From a virus: a DNA stretch of 64,000 nucleotides. A program made the translations under genes and the position numbers. This document shows, piece by piece, positions 1 through 10,688 of the stretch. Under the pieces are notes generated by a model that did no database searches, was not told where the DNA came from, and saw nothing but the letters and a program-made list of their open reading frames with translations. Positions within the stretch are counted from its first letter, which is position 1; every line of letters begins with the position of its first letter. The stretch lies in IMG/VR virus record IMGVR_UViG_3300025707_000004. One strand, written 5' to 3'.

Positions 1-1764
1 GCTGTGCTGCAGAGCTTCTTGGACGAGGCCAAGCCCAAGCACACCAACGTCCTCTTGCTGGGCGCGCTGGACTTCGCTGACGAAATCTCGGTGGTGGACA
101 ACCCCACGTACCACCCGACCATGCGCCTCGCAGACACGCTTCATACCGCTCCGTTCAGCTACCGAGCGGACGACGGCGCAGACCGGACCAAGCTCTGGCC
201 TGGGCTGGAGACGCTGGGTCGTGCAGACGGTACCGGCGGCGCGTGGACGGACGCTGACGTTGAGGACAAGTACGAGTCGGGCTACGCGGAGGGCGTTGTC
301 TCCAGCTACTCGGGCGACGGCTCTTGGAACGAGCACCAAGGGGTGGTGCACATGGTCAGTCAGGTCGAGCCCGACCTGGACGTGTGCATGTCCAAGCTGT
401 GGGTCCCAATCCAGCGCACGACCACAGGGGACCAAGTCTCGCTGGAGTTTCAGGTCGGTGAGGCCATCGAGCTGTGGGATGTGGGCCTGACAGCGGAACT
501 GGATACCCCGTGGGCCGAGTCTCCCCCGGTTGTGGAGTACATTGGGGCGGGGGTCCACCCCAAGCTACCTTTCGGGGTCTTCAACCCTCAAACAGAGCAC
601 CCCTTCACGTACCTCATCCTCGGCTTCGAGAACTCGAACACGGCGGACTACAGCAATTACGGTGCGGAGGAGAGGCTCTACGCGTTGTGGAACTTCCGCG
701 CCACCATCGGCAGTTTGAAGGGCGCCACGTCCGGTGCGCTCGCTGTGACCATGGCGGACCACGACCCGGCCGATGCAGCCAACGACAAGTTCTACCACCG
801 GGAGCACATCCTGAGCGTTGGGAAGCTGCAGCGGTTCGCGCCCGCGGACGTGCTGTCGCTGTCCAACATGGTGTACATCCCGCTGGGCGGCATGCTCATC
901 GAGGACCTGGAGACCGAGCCCGTCAGCCTCGAAGACCGGCCGCAGTTTGCTGCGTCTGGTGTCCTCGACAATCAGGTGCAGCAGTACCCATACGACGCGG
1001 CATTCGAGGTCACGAACCCGGATGAACAGCTCGTACCCAGCTTTGGTCCGGGCTTCTTCACGGACTGGAACGGCCTGGATAAGGGCGTCGCCAAGGTCCG
1101 CTGGGGCTACACCGACGAGGGCGTAATGCTGGGTGACCCTGTTGCTTTGGCGGACTTCACAAGAGTCGCGGGTGTAGAGCAGCTCGACTTGGAGAACGTC
1201 CACATCGGCATCTGTGTCCGCGCCATCAAGGGCTGGCACAAGACCCATGGGTTCCTGGAGTTCTGTATCCCGCCGCCAGACATCCAGTACGTCACGGTGG
1301 ACTACGGCACCAATGTGTTGCGTGTGGAGGGCTCCTTCTTCGTTGCAGACGATGACACGCGCGGGACGGTCCCTACCGCCAACCCGGATTCGTTCGACGG
1401 AATCAAGGGCGGCTGCTGGGTGTTCTTGCGGCACAGAGAGTCCCAGGTGGAGACCCCGGTGGTGGCCTACACTTTCGAGACGGGCAACAACGCGGGCAAG
1501 GTGGTGCTCGGCTACGATGGGAACGACCAGACCAGCACAGGACACATCCTTGAGTTCACCGCACCCGCCGGGTTGGCGGATGGGTACTACGACGTAATTG
1601 TCCGAAACTACCGGCCGTACCGGATGGCCCTTACAGACCCGCCCGCTCCGGTCCACATGGATGAGGCGGTCGCCGCTGCTGCCTACGTGGTCGGTCTGTC
1701 CCCGCCCGGTGAAGCCGGGTTGGGTGGTGGTATTCTTGGGGAAGATCCCTTCGGAGGCGAGTGA
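1..1764 (+). CDS. Virion structural protein (baseplate/tail region), 5'-truncated by window edge
   Basis: Open frame from base 1 with GC3-biased codons; acidic, beta-rich composition; upstream of tail-fibre genes. Function inferred from context only. Confidence 0.45.
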   Translation, partial: AVLQSFLDEAKPKHTNVLLLGALDFADEISVVDNPTYHPTMRLADTLHTAPFSYRADDGADRTKLWPGLETLGRADGTGGAWTDADVEDKYESGYAEGVVSSYSGDGSWNEHQGVVHMVSQVEPDLDVCMSKLWVPIQRTTTGDQVSLEFQVGEAIELWDVGLTAELDTPWAESPPVVEYIGAGVHPKLPFGVFNPQTEHPFTYLILGFENSNTADYSNYGAEERLYALWNFRATIGSLKGATSGALAVTMADHDPADAANDKFYHREHILSVGKLQRFAPADVLSLSNMVYIPLGGMLIEDLETEPVSLEDRPQFAASGVLDNQVQQYPYDAAFEVTNPDEQLVPSFGPGFFTDWNGLDKGVAKVRWGYTDEGVMLGDPVALADFTRVAGVEQLDLENVHIGICVRAIKGWHKTHGFLEFCIPPPDIQYVTVDYGTNVLRVEGSFFVADDDTRGTVPTANPDSFDGIKGGCWVFLRHRESQVETPVVAYTFETGNNAGKVVLGYDGNDQTSTGHILEFTAPAGLADGYYDVIVRNYRPYRMALTDPPAPVHMDEAVAAAAYVVGLSPPGEAGLGGGILGEDPFGGE

Positions 1765-2102
1765 TGGCGGAGAAGAAGAAGCGAAATTGGGTGAATGCGG
1801 GGCCTGGATTGGGCACCGCATTGGGCACCGGTCTTGGGGCTGCTTCCGGCCTGCACGGTGGGCGCAAAGCCTACAAGAGCGCCAAGGCCCTGCGAGGTCT
1901 CGGGGTCGCGGCGAAGCTGAAGAAACGCCGCGCTCTCTGGCACCTTTTGGAGCGGGCCGTTACCGGCGGAGGCGCTGGGTGGCTGGTAGGCTCGGCCCCA
2001 CAACTGGTTCGGGACACGAAGAGGGCGCTGGAGAAGAAGGGCAGCATGTCCCTCCAGCGACGCGCTACAGTCCTCCACAAGCTGGCGGCTATTAGCCGCT
2101 AA
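1764..2102 (+). CDS. Small basic Gly-zipper protein ending in RRATVLHKLAA
   Basis: TGATG overlap with the previous gene; GxxxG runs (GLGTALGTGLG); its C-terminal motif matches the N-terminal motif of the 58700-61232 family. Confidence 0.7.
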   Translation: MAEKKKRNWVNAGPGLGTALGTGLGAASGLHGGRKAYKSAKALRGLGVAAKLKKRRALWHLLERAVTGGGAGWLVGSAPQLVRDTKRALEKKGSMSLQRRATVLHKLAAISR

Positions 2103-2104
2103 TA
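2090..2104. repeat. Dispersed palindrome copy 1, TATTAGCCGCTAATA
   Basis: Overlaps the stop codon of 1764..2102. Confidence 0.95.
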
Positions 2105-2115
2105 ATTGGTGAACG

Positions 2116-4017
2116 ATGGCTACGCTTACGATGGAGGACGCGACAGGACCTCAGCAGGTCCTGCAGAACCGTCCCGCGAATGTGCAGGTAACAGTCGCGT
2201 TGTCGGTTGGGGCCGTCTGGGGTGACTACGACGCCCCCGGTGATGGGGAGGGTTTCTTCCTGTACGGGCCGGAACACCACCCGGCCGGGCTGGGGCTTTC
2301 TGGGCTGTCCTCGACGTTGGAGGACAAGACGTTCACGCCCAAGGTAGCGGGGCGGTACCTCGTCATCTGTATCGTGACGGAGACAGGCGGCGACCAAGTC
2401 ACTCTTTCCGGCCTCTTTGAGATTGCCAGCGGGTACGGGGCTGAGGCTCTTCCGGCCCCACGCGAGGGCGGCCAGTACACGGACCAGACAGGCTGGTCCC
2501 GGTCTATCGAGCAGCACCTCCGCCGCCTCCAGCAAGTCCTTGGTGGGCGCATGGCTGTCATGGCCATCAACGGTACCGGCGCGGAGCGGTCGGCGGGGGA
2601 CTTGTCGCAGGTCACGGACTACGCCCGCTTCTCTGGGGCTGGCGCAGACGGTGACGCCATGTCCGCCCACCTGACGGACATCGTTGCCCAGACGGGAACG
2701 GCGCTCGGCACACAGGCGGCCATTGGGGATGCCTCGATTGGTGCGTGGCTGGGAACGGTCGCCAACGGCGCCACAGGCATGCTGATGCTGCGGGGCTACT
2801 TCCCCTTGGACACGTCGGGGTACACGGCCGAGAACGACCCGGTCTACATCTCGAACGGGGGGCTGATGGCGAAGGACGTCGGTGACTTCACGCGGCAGGT
2901 CGGCTACTGCCTCCAGAAGGCGGCGTCTACCATGGTGACCGCTACCGCGGGCATGGTGTGGTTCGACGGCGCTCCGGACACGTACGCGGTGGAGACCCAC
3001 AACGCCACACAGCTACAAGGCTACGCAGTTCATACCGACGCGCCCACAGACGGGCAGGTCATGGCCTGGGACAACGGGAACAGCCGGTGGGACCCGACTA
3101 CCCTCGTCCACAATGCCACGCAGCTCCAGGGCAGCACCGTTCACACGGACGCACCCACGGACGGCCAAGCGTTGGTGTGGGACAACGGCAATACGCGCTG
3201 GGACCCGACGACGCTGGTCCATAACGCTACCCAGCTCCAGGGCCGTACGGTCCACACGGACGCCCCGACAGACACACAGGTGCTGGCCTGGGATAACGGC
3301 AATTCGCGCTGGGCGCCCGCTACCCCGTCTGCGGCGGGCGATGGCGTGGGCGTCGGAGACTGGGCGTACACAGGCGCCACGCCCGTGCTGGCGGAGTGGG
3401 CCGACGCCAGCGGGTATGGTGGGGATCAGGCGCTGGCTACACGGGACACCGTGGATGTGAACGGCACGATCATCCGCATGGTCCTGACGGACGCCCTGCA
3501 GGCCCAGGGGGTGGTTCACACCACTAACACCCCCGCGACGGACTTCGTGTATGCGATGCGCCTCGCTGTCTCGCTCCCGCAGGGCATTGACCTGAACAAC
3601 GCCACACGGTTTCAGACGTCTTTCGCCTTCCTCAATGGCGTCACCGACGTGGATACAGACAACTGGTTCGGTGGGGGGCTGTTTTCCGACCTCCAAGAAG
3701 CGGCCGACTACGCTTTCGGTCCGATGAGCGGCGTCACAGCCACCGACTACTGGGACAACGACACCAACCCAGGCGCCAGCATGCGCATCGAGTTCTGGCG
3801 GGGCACTACGTACGACATCTTCCTGGAGCGGACGGGCACCGACCTGGATGTCTACTATGCCCTGCCAGGGCAGCTACCGAGCTTCATGTACCGGTACACC
3901 GGGGTGGTCGCTACTGCGGGCAGGCTGGCTGTTCGGGTAAACTCGGAAACGGCGGCTGAGCTGCCACGTGTGTACATGCTCGCGTTCAAATCCCTTGCCG
4001 CCGTCCCGGGGTACTAG
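2116..4017 (+). CDS. Tail fibre-like protein with three internal 37-aa repeats
   Basis: Repeats HNATQLQG..VHTDAPTDGQ...WDNGN.RW.P, typical of fibre shafts; likely beta-sandwich C-terminus. Confidence 0.65.
   Translation: MATLTMEDATGPQQVLQNRPANVQVTVALSVGAVWGDYDAPGDGEGFFLYGPEHHPAGLGLSGLSSTLEDKTFTPKVAGRYLVICIVTETGGDQVTLSGLFEIASGYGAEALPAPREGGQYTDQTGWSRSIEQHLRRLQQVLGGRMAVMAINGTGAERSAGDLSQVTDYARFSGAGADGDAMSAHLTDIVAQTGTALGTQAAIGDASIGAWLGTVANGATGMLMLRGYFPLDTSGYTAENDPVYISNGGLMAKDVGDFTRQVGYCLQKAASTMVTATAGMVWFDGAPDTYAVETHNATQLQGYAVHTDAPTDGQVMAWDNGNSRWDPTTLVHNATQLQGSTVHTDAPTDGQALVWDNGNTRWDPTTLVHNATQLQGRTVHTDAPTDTQVLAWDNGNSRWAPATPSAAGDGVGVGDWAYTGATPVLAEWADASGYGGDQALATRDTVDVNGTIIRMVLTDALQAQGVVHTTNTPATDFVYAMRLAVSLPQGIDLNNATRFQTSFAFLNGVTDVDTDNWFGGGLFSDLQEAADYAFGPMSGVTATDYWDNDTNPGASMRIEFWRGTTYDIFLERTGTDLDVYYALPGQLPSFMYRYTGVVATAGRLAVRVNSETAAELPRVYMLAFKSLAAVPGY
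2998..3324 (+). repeat. 3 x 111-bp tandem coding repeat
   Basis: Units start at 2998, 3109 and 3220; divergence is mostly synonymous. Confidence 0.9.
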
Positions 4018-4020
4018 CGT

Positions 4021-4755
4021 ATGTTGTCTGAAATCTCGGATGTGATTGCAGAGGTAACAAGCGTGGTGAACGCGGACGCGTACAACCGGGTAGCCCTCAA
4101 GGAGCTGAGCGAGGACGCTCTGGTGTACCTCGTCGGCCTTGGCACACGGGAGTTCCAGGAGGCACACAAGCTCACAGTCGACTCGCTGTGCGGCCCCATG
4201 ACCCGCTCGGTCATTGAGTCGCTGGTAGGCGGTATCGCACCTGAAGCGGTCGTCCCGTCTGCTGTCGAGGTCCCCGAGTCGGCGTTCCCTACACTCTTGT
4301 CTAGGGACGTGGTCAAGCGGACCTACGGCGACTTCGAGTACAAGGAGAACCCCGCCCAAAAGGGCGGCATCATCATCTCGAAGAGTTGGTCGTATGCCAA
4401 TATCGTCAAGGTAGACCTCCACATCGGTCGGCATGTCTGGCTGAACAAGAAGGTTGCAGTCGGGTTCGCTGACCTGTTCAGGGCCGCTTGCGCCGCCGGG
4501 GGCTACGTCCCCGAGCGGGTTGGCTCTTGGGTCCCGCGCCACATGATGTGGAATCCGACGAAGCCGCTGTCCAGGCATTCCTGGGGCATCGCGGTCGACT
4601 TCGACGCACGGCTCAACGGGTACGGGAAGACTGACACCATGCTGCGGAAGCACATGGGCTTTGTCGAAACCTTCGAGCAAGCCGGCTGGGCGTGGGGCGG
4701 TCGGTGGAGCACGCCGGACGACATGCACATGGAGTATTCGGGGGTCTGGAAGTAA
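4021..4755 (+). CDS. M15-family zinc peptidase (putative endolysin)
   Basis: SRHSWGIAVDFD and WGGRWSTPDDMHME motifs (His/Asp/His zinc ligands of peptidase M15). Confidence 0.85.
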   Translation: MLSEISDVIAEVTSVVNADAYNRVALKELSEDALVYLVGLGTREFQEAHKLTVDSLCGPMTRSVIESLVGGIAPEAVVPSAVEVPESAFPTLLSRDVVKRTYGDFEYKENPAQKGGIIISKSWSYANIVKVDLHIGRHVWLNKKVAVGFADLFRAACAAGGYVPERVGSWVPRHMMWNPTKPLSRHSWGIAVDFDARLNGYGKTDTMLRKHMGFVETFEQAGWAWGGRWSTPDDMHMEYSGVWK

Positions 4756-5279
4756 TGGGGGCACGACCTGACGGGTGGGCAAAGCTATCTCTGGAGGCGC
4801 GCTTCCGGCATCGAGCAGCCCCCGGTAACAACCCCGGAGACTGCTGGACCTGGGAGGGTGGCCACGACACCAAGGGTTATGGCCGACTCAGCTTCAGGGG
4901 TAAGACGTACAAGGCGCACCGCTTGGCCTTCGAGTTCGGCAACGGGCGCAAGCCCGGGAAGCTCTTCGTCGGCCACGCTTGTGACAACCCCGGTTGCGTG
5001 AACCCGGACCACCTGTGGTTGGGTACTCCCGCGGACAACATGAGTGACCGTGACGCCAAGAAGCGTACGGCCTGCGGCTCTGACATCTCCAACACGGTGA
5101 AGCTCACCGAAGCTGTCGTTCTAGCGATGCGCGCTGACTGGGCTGAGCATGGGTGGGGAAAGCCCGGGAGCTGCCCTGAAGGTAAGCTGAGTTACTCAGA
5201 GCTGGGTAGGCAGTACGGTGTCACGAATGTTCAGGCCCGCAACATCATCTTGCGTAGGAGTTGGGCTCATGTTGCGTAA
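4755..5279 (+). CDS. Free-standing HNH homing endonuclease
   Basis: CWTWEG..GYG, AHRLAF, HACDNPGCVNPDHL..T..DN motifs with a C-terminal HTH-like segment; TAATG start overlap. Confidence 0.9.
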   Translation: MGARPDGWAKLSLEARFRHRAAPGNNPGDCWTWEGGHDTKGYGRLSFRGKTYKAHRLAFEFGNGRKPGKLFVGHACDNPGCVNPDHLWLGTPADNMSDRDAKKRTACGSDISNTVKLTEAVVLAMRADWAEHGWGKPGSCPEGKLSYSELGRQYGVTNVQARNIILRRSWAHVA

Positions 5280-5300
5280 TTTTGAGAGGGGCGCGTTCAA

Positions 5301-5930
5301 GTGAAGCTCACAGAGAACTTCAACATCTCTGCCAACGTCGTGGTCCGCGCTTACGAGGACGGGGTCCTGGCGCACACGCGTGAGTCCCACAACGTCTTCG
5401 TGAACACGGGCCGTGCGTGGCTGGCCAAGATGCTCGGCGCGTCGGACTACTCGGTCGACCCGCCGACGCCGCACGCAACGGAGAAGGTGGCGTATATCGG
5501 CTTGGGCTGCGGAGGCGCCCTTCAGACGGACGCCAACTTCGCCAACACTCAGCCGGAGACGGTTACGGTCACCGCGCTCGAAGACCCCATCCCTGTCAGC
5601 CAGACGGGTGGCGGGGTCAAGACGTGGTTGAAGAAGGTGCTCGACCAGTCTTACCCGAGCAACGTGTTCTTTCCCGGGGACTTCCGGACTGCCTTCATCG
5701 CCGACTTCGTCGAGTCGGAGGTGTCCTACGCCCTGAGCACTTCGTACACGTCGGGCATCCTCGTTGGAACGAACGCGCCTGTCTCTGAGGCGGGGCTCTA
5801 CCTGTCGACGGCCAACCCGGCTTTGGTGACGCCGACCGATGTGAATCGGTTGGTGGCGTACAACACTTTCTCGGCCATACCCGTGACGCCTAACACGGTG
5901 TTGCGGGTGAACTGGGAATTACGTCTATGA
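5301..5930 (+). CDS. Tail/baseplate fibre-attachment-like protein
   Basis: HNVFVNTGR..LA, YIGLG.GG, SEAGLY and terminal VNWELRL pattern typical of phage tail-collar/fibre proteins. Confidence 0.55.
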   Translation: MKLTENFNISANVVVRAYEDGVLAHTRESHNVFVNTGRAWLAKMLGASDYSVDPPTPHATEKVAYIGLGCGGALQTDANFANTQPETVTVTALEDPIPVSQTGGGVKTWLKKVLDQSYPSNVFFPGDFRTAFIADFVESEVSYALSTSYTSGILVGTNAPVSEAGLYLSTANPALVTPTDVNRLVAYNTFSAIPVTPNTVLRVNWELRL

Positions 5931-5964
5931 GTCTGGACGCGGTAGAAGGCTGTGTGGAACTGAC

Positions 5965-8900
5965 ATGAAGTACTTCGGTAAGCTCGCTGGGAACACCAAC
6001 GCGCACACGGCGCTCACGTCGATTCCTTCCGCCGCCACGGGCACGCCGTTCACCGCGCCCTCGCCGGGCGCGAAGCTGTTCACCAACGGTGAGAACTTCT
6101 CGCACGACGCGGTCAGTCGAGCGCTCTCGGCATTAGCCGCTAATAATGACTACGTCGCCAGCCTGCTCGACAGCCCGGTGCTGCGGGACGACTTCTTGGA
6201 GCCCCAGCAGACTGACGGTGGTGCGGACCAGTTCGGCTTTGAGGCTCTGGCGGGCGTCACGCAAGGTGCGACGGCCATCAACCTCGGTGACGCGTCCGGT
6301 GGGATAGACGCCGCCGCTGTGTGGCTCTACCACGGCTTGTTCGCTGAGCAGCTGTCTGAGTGCATCCGGCTTGTTCGCCAGGACGCGGACGGAGTCACGG
6401 AGATTCGTGAGCCCGTCGATGTCCGGTTCAACACGGGCGGCGGCGGAGCCAGCTCGGTCTTTCGCACGATTGCTACCACGGGTTCTCCGACGCGGCGTTA
6501 CCCGAAGGCGTGCGCGCCCATGCGGCGGGTCGGCTCGGACCTGCCCCCGTACTTGGGTAACTCGGACAACGGTATCGTCGCGGCCTCGTCGTGGGACTAC
6601 GACGGTGTGCGCCTCAAGGCGGCCACGTTCGCCAGTCGCTATGCACGCCCCGGCTGTTACGTCGAGGCGGCCAACGGCGGCAATGCAGGGCTCTACCGCA
6701 TCGCCTACGTCATGCCGTCTGAGGACACAGGCGCTGCCGGCACAGGGGACAAGGCTGTCCTGACCCGCGGTGGCTTGCACAAGGTGACTGTGGGTGACGG
6801 CACACAGTTCACTGCAGGCGACCGGGTCGAGTGGCAGACGCCCCCGAACCAAGCCGCGGCCTCCACGGCGGACGAGCGGGACAACTTCGCGTACTGCGTG
6901 TACATCGTCGGCAATGACTTGTGGCTCTTGCCCGCGTCTTCGTCTGAGGAGTTCTTGGTCGACGGCAAGGCGGTTGGCGTCAACAACGACAGCGGGGACT
7001 TCACAGGTAGCCTCCAGTCGGGGCAGGTCGGCCTGTGGGACCAAGAGTCTGGCGTCGTGGAGAACCACGGCCTGCTCAACGGCACGCGGCTCTACTCGCA
7101 GGCGACGACGAACTCCCTCATCTCCGCGGTCGAGCACGCTGGTTCGCCTGTGCGGTTCGACCCGAATCAGGCGGCCGGGAACGTCTACATCGTCAGCCCG
7201 CCTGGGTTCGCCTTGTCCCCCGAGCTGATTTACACCTACGGCGACCTCATCGGTGGCGACTACGGCGTGGACTGTCGGACGCTCTCTACCTTCCGTGAGC
7301 GCCTCCAGAGCCAGGGCATGTCGGCTGCACCGGGGCTGTCGGAAGACCCGTCTACCCGTCTTGGGCTGAGCCGCTCGGAGCAGGTGCGCCTGCGGACGTG
7401 GATGAAGGACGCGAAGGTCGGCAACCAAGCTGCGGCCACCAGCCTTGTGGGCGGCGTGAACACGTCGATGGCTCCCACGGCTCGCGTGCTTGGCGAGGAC
7501 CTCTGGAAAGTCACCGTTACCAATGACGACGGAGCGCTCCTGCTTGAGGCTGCCGGTGCGACTGCCGGTGCGAACTTGGGGCTCTACAACCGGGACGAGC
7601 CGAGCGCGCCGATTACGCGGGCGCTCATAGTCTCAGTCGCCGGGAACGTGATGGTCCTGCAGCGAGTGCGCAAGACCTTCGGCTCGGCCAGTGAGTGGGC
7701 ACCTGAGGATGACTGGTCGTCTGCGCCGATTGTTGTAGGTGGCCATGTTGGGGAGGGCTCCGGCTTCTCTGCAGGCGGGGACACCTTTCGGGTCACCTCC
7801 ATTGAGCACGCACCAATCCTAGACGACGATGTTGGCGCCGACCGGTTTCTGTCCGGCGGGCTGAACGACTCGTATTGGAACCTGCTGGACCGAGACCAAT
7901 ACTCCCGGTACCAGGGTGCCGGTCGCTTCATTGAGATGCATGCGTCTCGACCGCTCACGTTGCTCTTGCCCTCGGGTGCTGGGGTGAAGGAGGGCATCGA
8001 GCTGCGCCAGCAGGGCGGTGGTGTCGACGCCATCACCATTCGCGACCGTGATGCAGCTGCGGTTATCAACGCGCTGTTCGGTACGCACGAGACTAACGAC
8101 GAAGCCTACATCGGAGCCCTCAACCGCACGCTGGGCCTGACCAACGAGGCACGTGCGCTGCAGGCGCGACTGCACTGGACCAATACGGGTAGCTCCGCAG
8201 GATTCGGCTTCTCTGACGGGCACACCGGATTGGGGAACAAGATCCCGTTCAGCAGTGCTGACCACAACGTACTGCCATTGCAGGTTAAGTCGATACTGGC
8301 AGGCACTACGCAGGGGCTGACGGGGGCGCTCCAGGGCGCGGGCTCTAGCCAGCGCATGCTGGGCGACGGGCTCATCGGTCCCAGCGACCCGATTGGCTTC
8401 CCGATGTCCACGGCCGGGCTCTCGCTGGGTCTGGCTGTGAAGTCGGCGTTCAACTTCACCATCACCGAGGCGGACGACAAGATTAAGCGCCACGACGCCG
8501 GTGACCTTGAGAACGGTGTGCCCCTTGCGAACGGCGACGTGATTGCCGTTCAGCGTGCGTCGGGGACTTGGTACTTCTCCGCGGTGAGTTCGGTGGGCGC
8601 GGCTGATGCCGTTCTCGATGCGGGGATGGACGAGGACCTCACGGACGTCGTTGGCTACGTGGTCACCAACCCGTTCAAGGCCGCTATTGGGGCGTGCCTC
8701 GTCTACGTGCACGGCGCCGCGTATGCGGTGGCGGAAGTGGCGGTGGACATTACCCCTTCTGCTGTCGAGTACTTGGTGTGGACGGAAACTACGCGGACGG
8801 TTACGGCAGAGGCGGATGTCTCGGGGCAGGTTCTGAGTTCGGGTGGCCGGGTCATTCTGGCCAAGGTGACTACAGACGCCACCAGCATTACCCAGATTGC

Positions 8901-10659
8901 AGCGTACACGCAGCCGCTTAGCCGCCTTGACCAGCGCATCGACATCACCGTGGGCAGCTTCACGGGCGCGGGCGCCCTGGACGCGGCGTACCATAACGAG
9001 CGCGCCGCCTTTCCCACCATCGGTGAGGCCCTCCGGATGATTGAACTCATCCAGGTGGACGCTACCGGCTCGTCAGCCGTTGGCAATTTCGCGTGGCGCA
9101 TTAGGGTGGTGGGCTCAACGACGGAGGCGTCGGACGGTAACAAGGGCGTGACGGTACCCCTGGCTATTCCGGTGGACAACATCGCGATTGTTGGCGGAGG
9201 CCCTGTGGGCTCGCTCACCGCGGCCCGCCCACGAATTACTTGGTCTGCAGACGACTCGGCGCTGTTCGACTTAAACGGAAAAGGCGGGTTGGAGTTTAAG
9301 GGGCTCGACTTTATCTGGGGAGGTACCGCGGCTGCCGCAGCCACTCCAGCTGAGCCAACGGCCTCCGTCTTCGACGCCAGTAGCGGGAGCCTTTACGGCC
9401 TGTCGGTTGAGGACTGCGTGCTTACGGGCGGGAGCGCTTTTGCGACTCTTCGCAACCTTACGGTAGGCGGCCGTATTAGGTTTCGGGACTGCCAGGGTAC
9501 GGCGCTTACCGGTGCCGGCATCATCGTTGAGGGCGCGGGCGGGGTTGATATCGAGGACGTCCTGGTGGAGCGCTGCAGGTTCCTTGCGTCGGGGACGGAC
9601 AACAACACGAATAACCTGCACGGTGTGAAGATTAAGTTCGCCGAGTCCGCGGTCGTCCGCGACTGCATCCTTGAGGGATTCGCGGATGCGTCGATCTTCC
9701 TGGAAGACCTCCAGCAGCACGGGGTCGTTTCCGGCGCGACTGTGCTTGACGCTTTGGGGCACGGTATCCAGGTAGACGACGCCCTGGCTACCGCGTCCGT
9801 GCACATCTCCGATTGCCTCATTCATATCGACCGCACGACGCCTGACGCAGCCGTGATGGGCGTGAAGACTGACCCTACCGGGGTCGTCGTCGTCAGCAAC
9901 GTAGTGGTCCGCGATGCTCGGTTTGTGGGTATTTCTCTGAACGGTGCCGGGTCTCGGGCAGTGGGGTGCGTCGTCCAGGCGTCAGCCGATATGGGGTTTC
10001 AGGCTATCGGGGATAACATCCACTTCACGGGGTGCACCGTCGTCGTGGCGGACGGCACAGGCTTTTACCTTGCCAGCGCGGACACGTCGGTCAAGGACTG
10101 TGACGTTGGCGTGTGCGGCGGTTCAGGTATTGACTTGGCTGGCGCCAATGGCTCCATGGTGGTGGGTTGCCGCGTTGCGGATGAAATCCAGGTGACGTCG
10201 GGAGACAACATCTCCGTCTACAACAACATCTGCACGACAGTCGACATCAACGGGGGCATCGGTCACCGCGTTCAGGGCAACACGATGACCGGCGACATCA
10301 CGGTTGGCGGAGCCGGCGGGGCGCACTCCATCAGTGACAACCACTGCGCGAACGTCTTGTACACCGGAGGCAACTCAAGCTTCATCCGGAACAACGAGAC
10401 CTCGGGCATTGTGATTAACACCGGTGACAAGAACACCCTCATGGGTAACACCACGCTTGGTGGCCTCATCTCCATAAGCACGGACGGCAACCTCATCGTG
10501 CACAACTGCTTGGTTTACGATGGTGCCGGGCCGAGCGCCACGGCTACCGTGGACTTGAGTGGCGCTACGAATGACAACGTGGTGCAGTTCAACATCGTTG
10601 ACACCGCAGTGACTGACGCCGGGACCAACCCGGATATAGGCAACAACATCGTCGTCTAA
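5965..10659 (+). CDS. Large tail fibre/tailspike with C-terminal parallel beta-helix (possible depolymerase)
   Basis: 1564 aa; the last ~500 aa show repeated V/I-x-x-C/N-x-I/V and GI motifs of right-handed beta-helix repeats. Confidence 0.7.
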   Translation: MKYFGKLAGNTNAHTALTSIPSAATGTPFTAPSPGAKLFTNGENFSHDAVSRALSALAANNDYVASLLDSPVLRDDFLEPQQTDGGADQFGFEALAGVTQGATAINLGDASGGIDAAAVWLYHGLFAEQLSECIRLVRQDADGVTEIREPVDVRFNTGGGGASSVFRTIATTGSPTRRYPKACAPMRRVGSDLPPYLGNSDNGIVAASSWDYDGVRLKAATFASRYARPGCYVEAANGGNAGLYRIAYVMPSEDTGAAGTGDKAVLTRGGLHKVTVGDGTQFTAGDRVEWQTPPNQAAASTADERDNFAYCVYIVGNDLWLLPASSSEEFLVDGKAVGVNNDSGDFTGSLQSGQVGLWDQESGVVENHGLLNGTRLYSQATTNSLISAVEHAGSPVRFDPNQAAGNVYIVSPPGFALSPELIYTYGDLIGGDYGVDCRTLSTFRERLQSQGMSAAPGLSEDPSTRLGLSRSEQVRLRTWMKDAKVGNQAAATSLVGGVNTSMAPTARVLGEDLWKVTVTNDDGALLLEAAGATAGANLGLYNRDEPSAPITRALIVSVAGNVMVLQRVRKTFGSASEWAPEDDWSSAPIVVGGHVGEGSGFSAGGDTFRVTSIEHAPILDDDVGADRFLSGGLNDSYWNLLDRDQYSRYQGAGRFIEMHASRPLTLLLPSGAGVKEGIELRQQGGGVDAITIRDRDAAAVINALFGTHETNDEAYIGALNRTLGLTNEARALQARLHWTNTGSSAGFGFSDGHTGLGNKIPFSSADHNVLPLQVKSILAGTTQGLTGALQGAGSSQRMLGDGLIGPSDPIGFPMSTAGLSLGLAVKSAFNFTITEADDKIKRHDAGDLENGVPLANGDVIAVQRASGTWYFSAVSSVGAADAVLDAGMDEDLTDVVGYVVTNPFKAAIGACLVYVHGAAYAVAEVAVDITPSAVEYLVWTETTRTVTAEADVSGQVLSSGGRVILAKVTTDATSITQIAAYTQPLSRLDQRIDITVGSFTGAGALDAAYHNERAAFPTIGEALRMIELIQVDATGSSAVGNFAWRIRVVGSTTEASDGNKGVTVPLAIPVDNIAIVGGGPVGSLTAARPRITWSADDSALFDLNGKGGLEFKGLDFIWGGTAAAAATPAEPTASVFDASSGSLYGLSVEDCVLTGGSAFATLRNLTVGGRIRFRDCQGTALTGAGIIVEGAGGVDIEDVLVERCRFLASGTDNNTNNLHGVKIKFAESAVVRDCILEGFADASIFLEDLQQHGVVSGATVLDALGHGIQVDDALATASVHISDCLIHIDRTTPDAAVMGVKTDPTGVVVVSNVVVRDARFVGISLNGAGSRAVGCVVQASADMGFQAIGDNIHFTGCTVVVADGTGFYLASADTSVKDCDVGVCGGSGIDLAGANGSMVVGCRVADEIQVTSGDNISVYNNICTTVDINGGIGHRVQGNTMTGDITVGGAGGAHSISDNHCANVLYTGGNSSFIRNNETSGIVINTGDKNTLMGNTTLGGLISISTDGNLIVHNCLVYDGAGPSATATVDLSGATNDNVVQFNIVDTAVTDAGTNPDIGNNIVV
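6131..6145. repeat. Palindrome copy 2, CATTAGCCGCTAATA (1 mismatch)
   Basis: Intragenic; encodes ALAANN. Confidence 0.9.
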
Positions 10660-10660
10660 T

Positions 10661-10675
10661 TATTAGCGGCTAATA
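10661..10675. repeat. Palindrome copy 3, TATTAGCGGCTAATA
   Basis: Immediately after the tailspike stop codon. Confidence 0.95.
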
Positions 10676-10688
10676 GTTGGTGTAGCTA

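Noticed and set aside
2998-3324. Diversity-generating retroelement TR/VR pair
   Set aside because: Repeats are tandem and in-frame with mostly synonymous, non-adenine-specific differences; no reverse transcriptase in the window.
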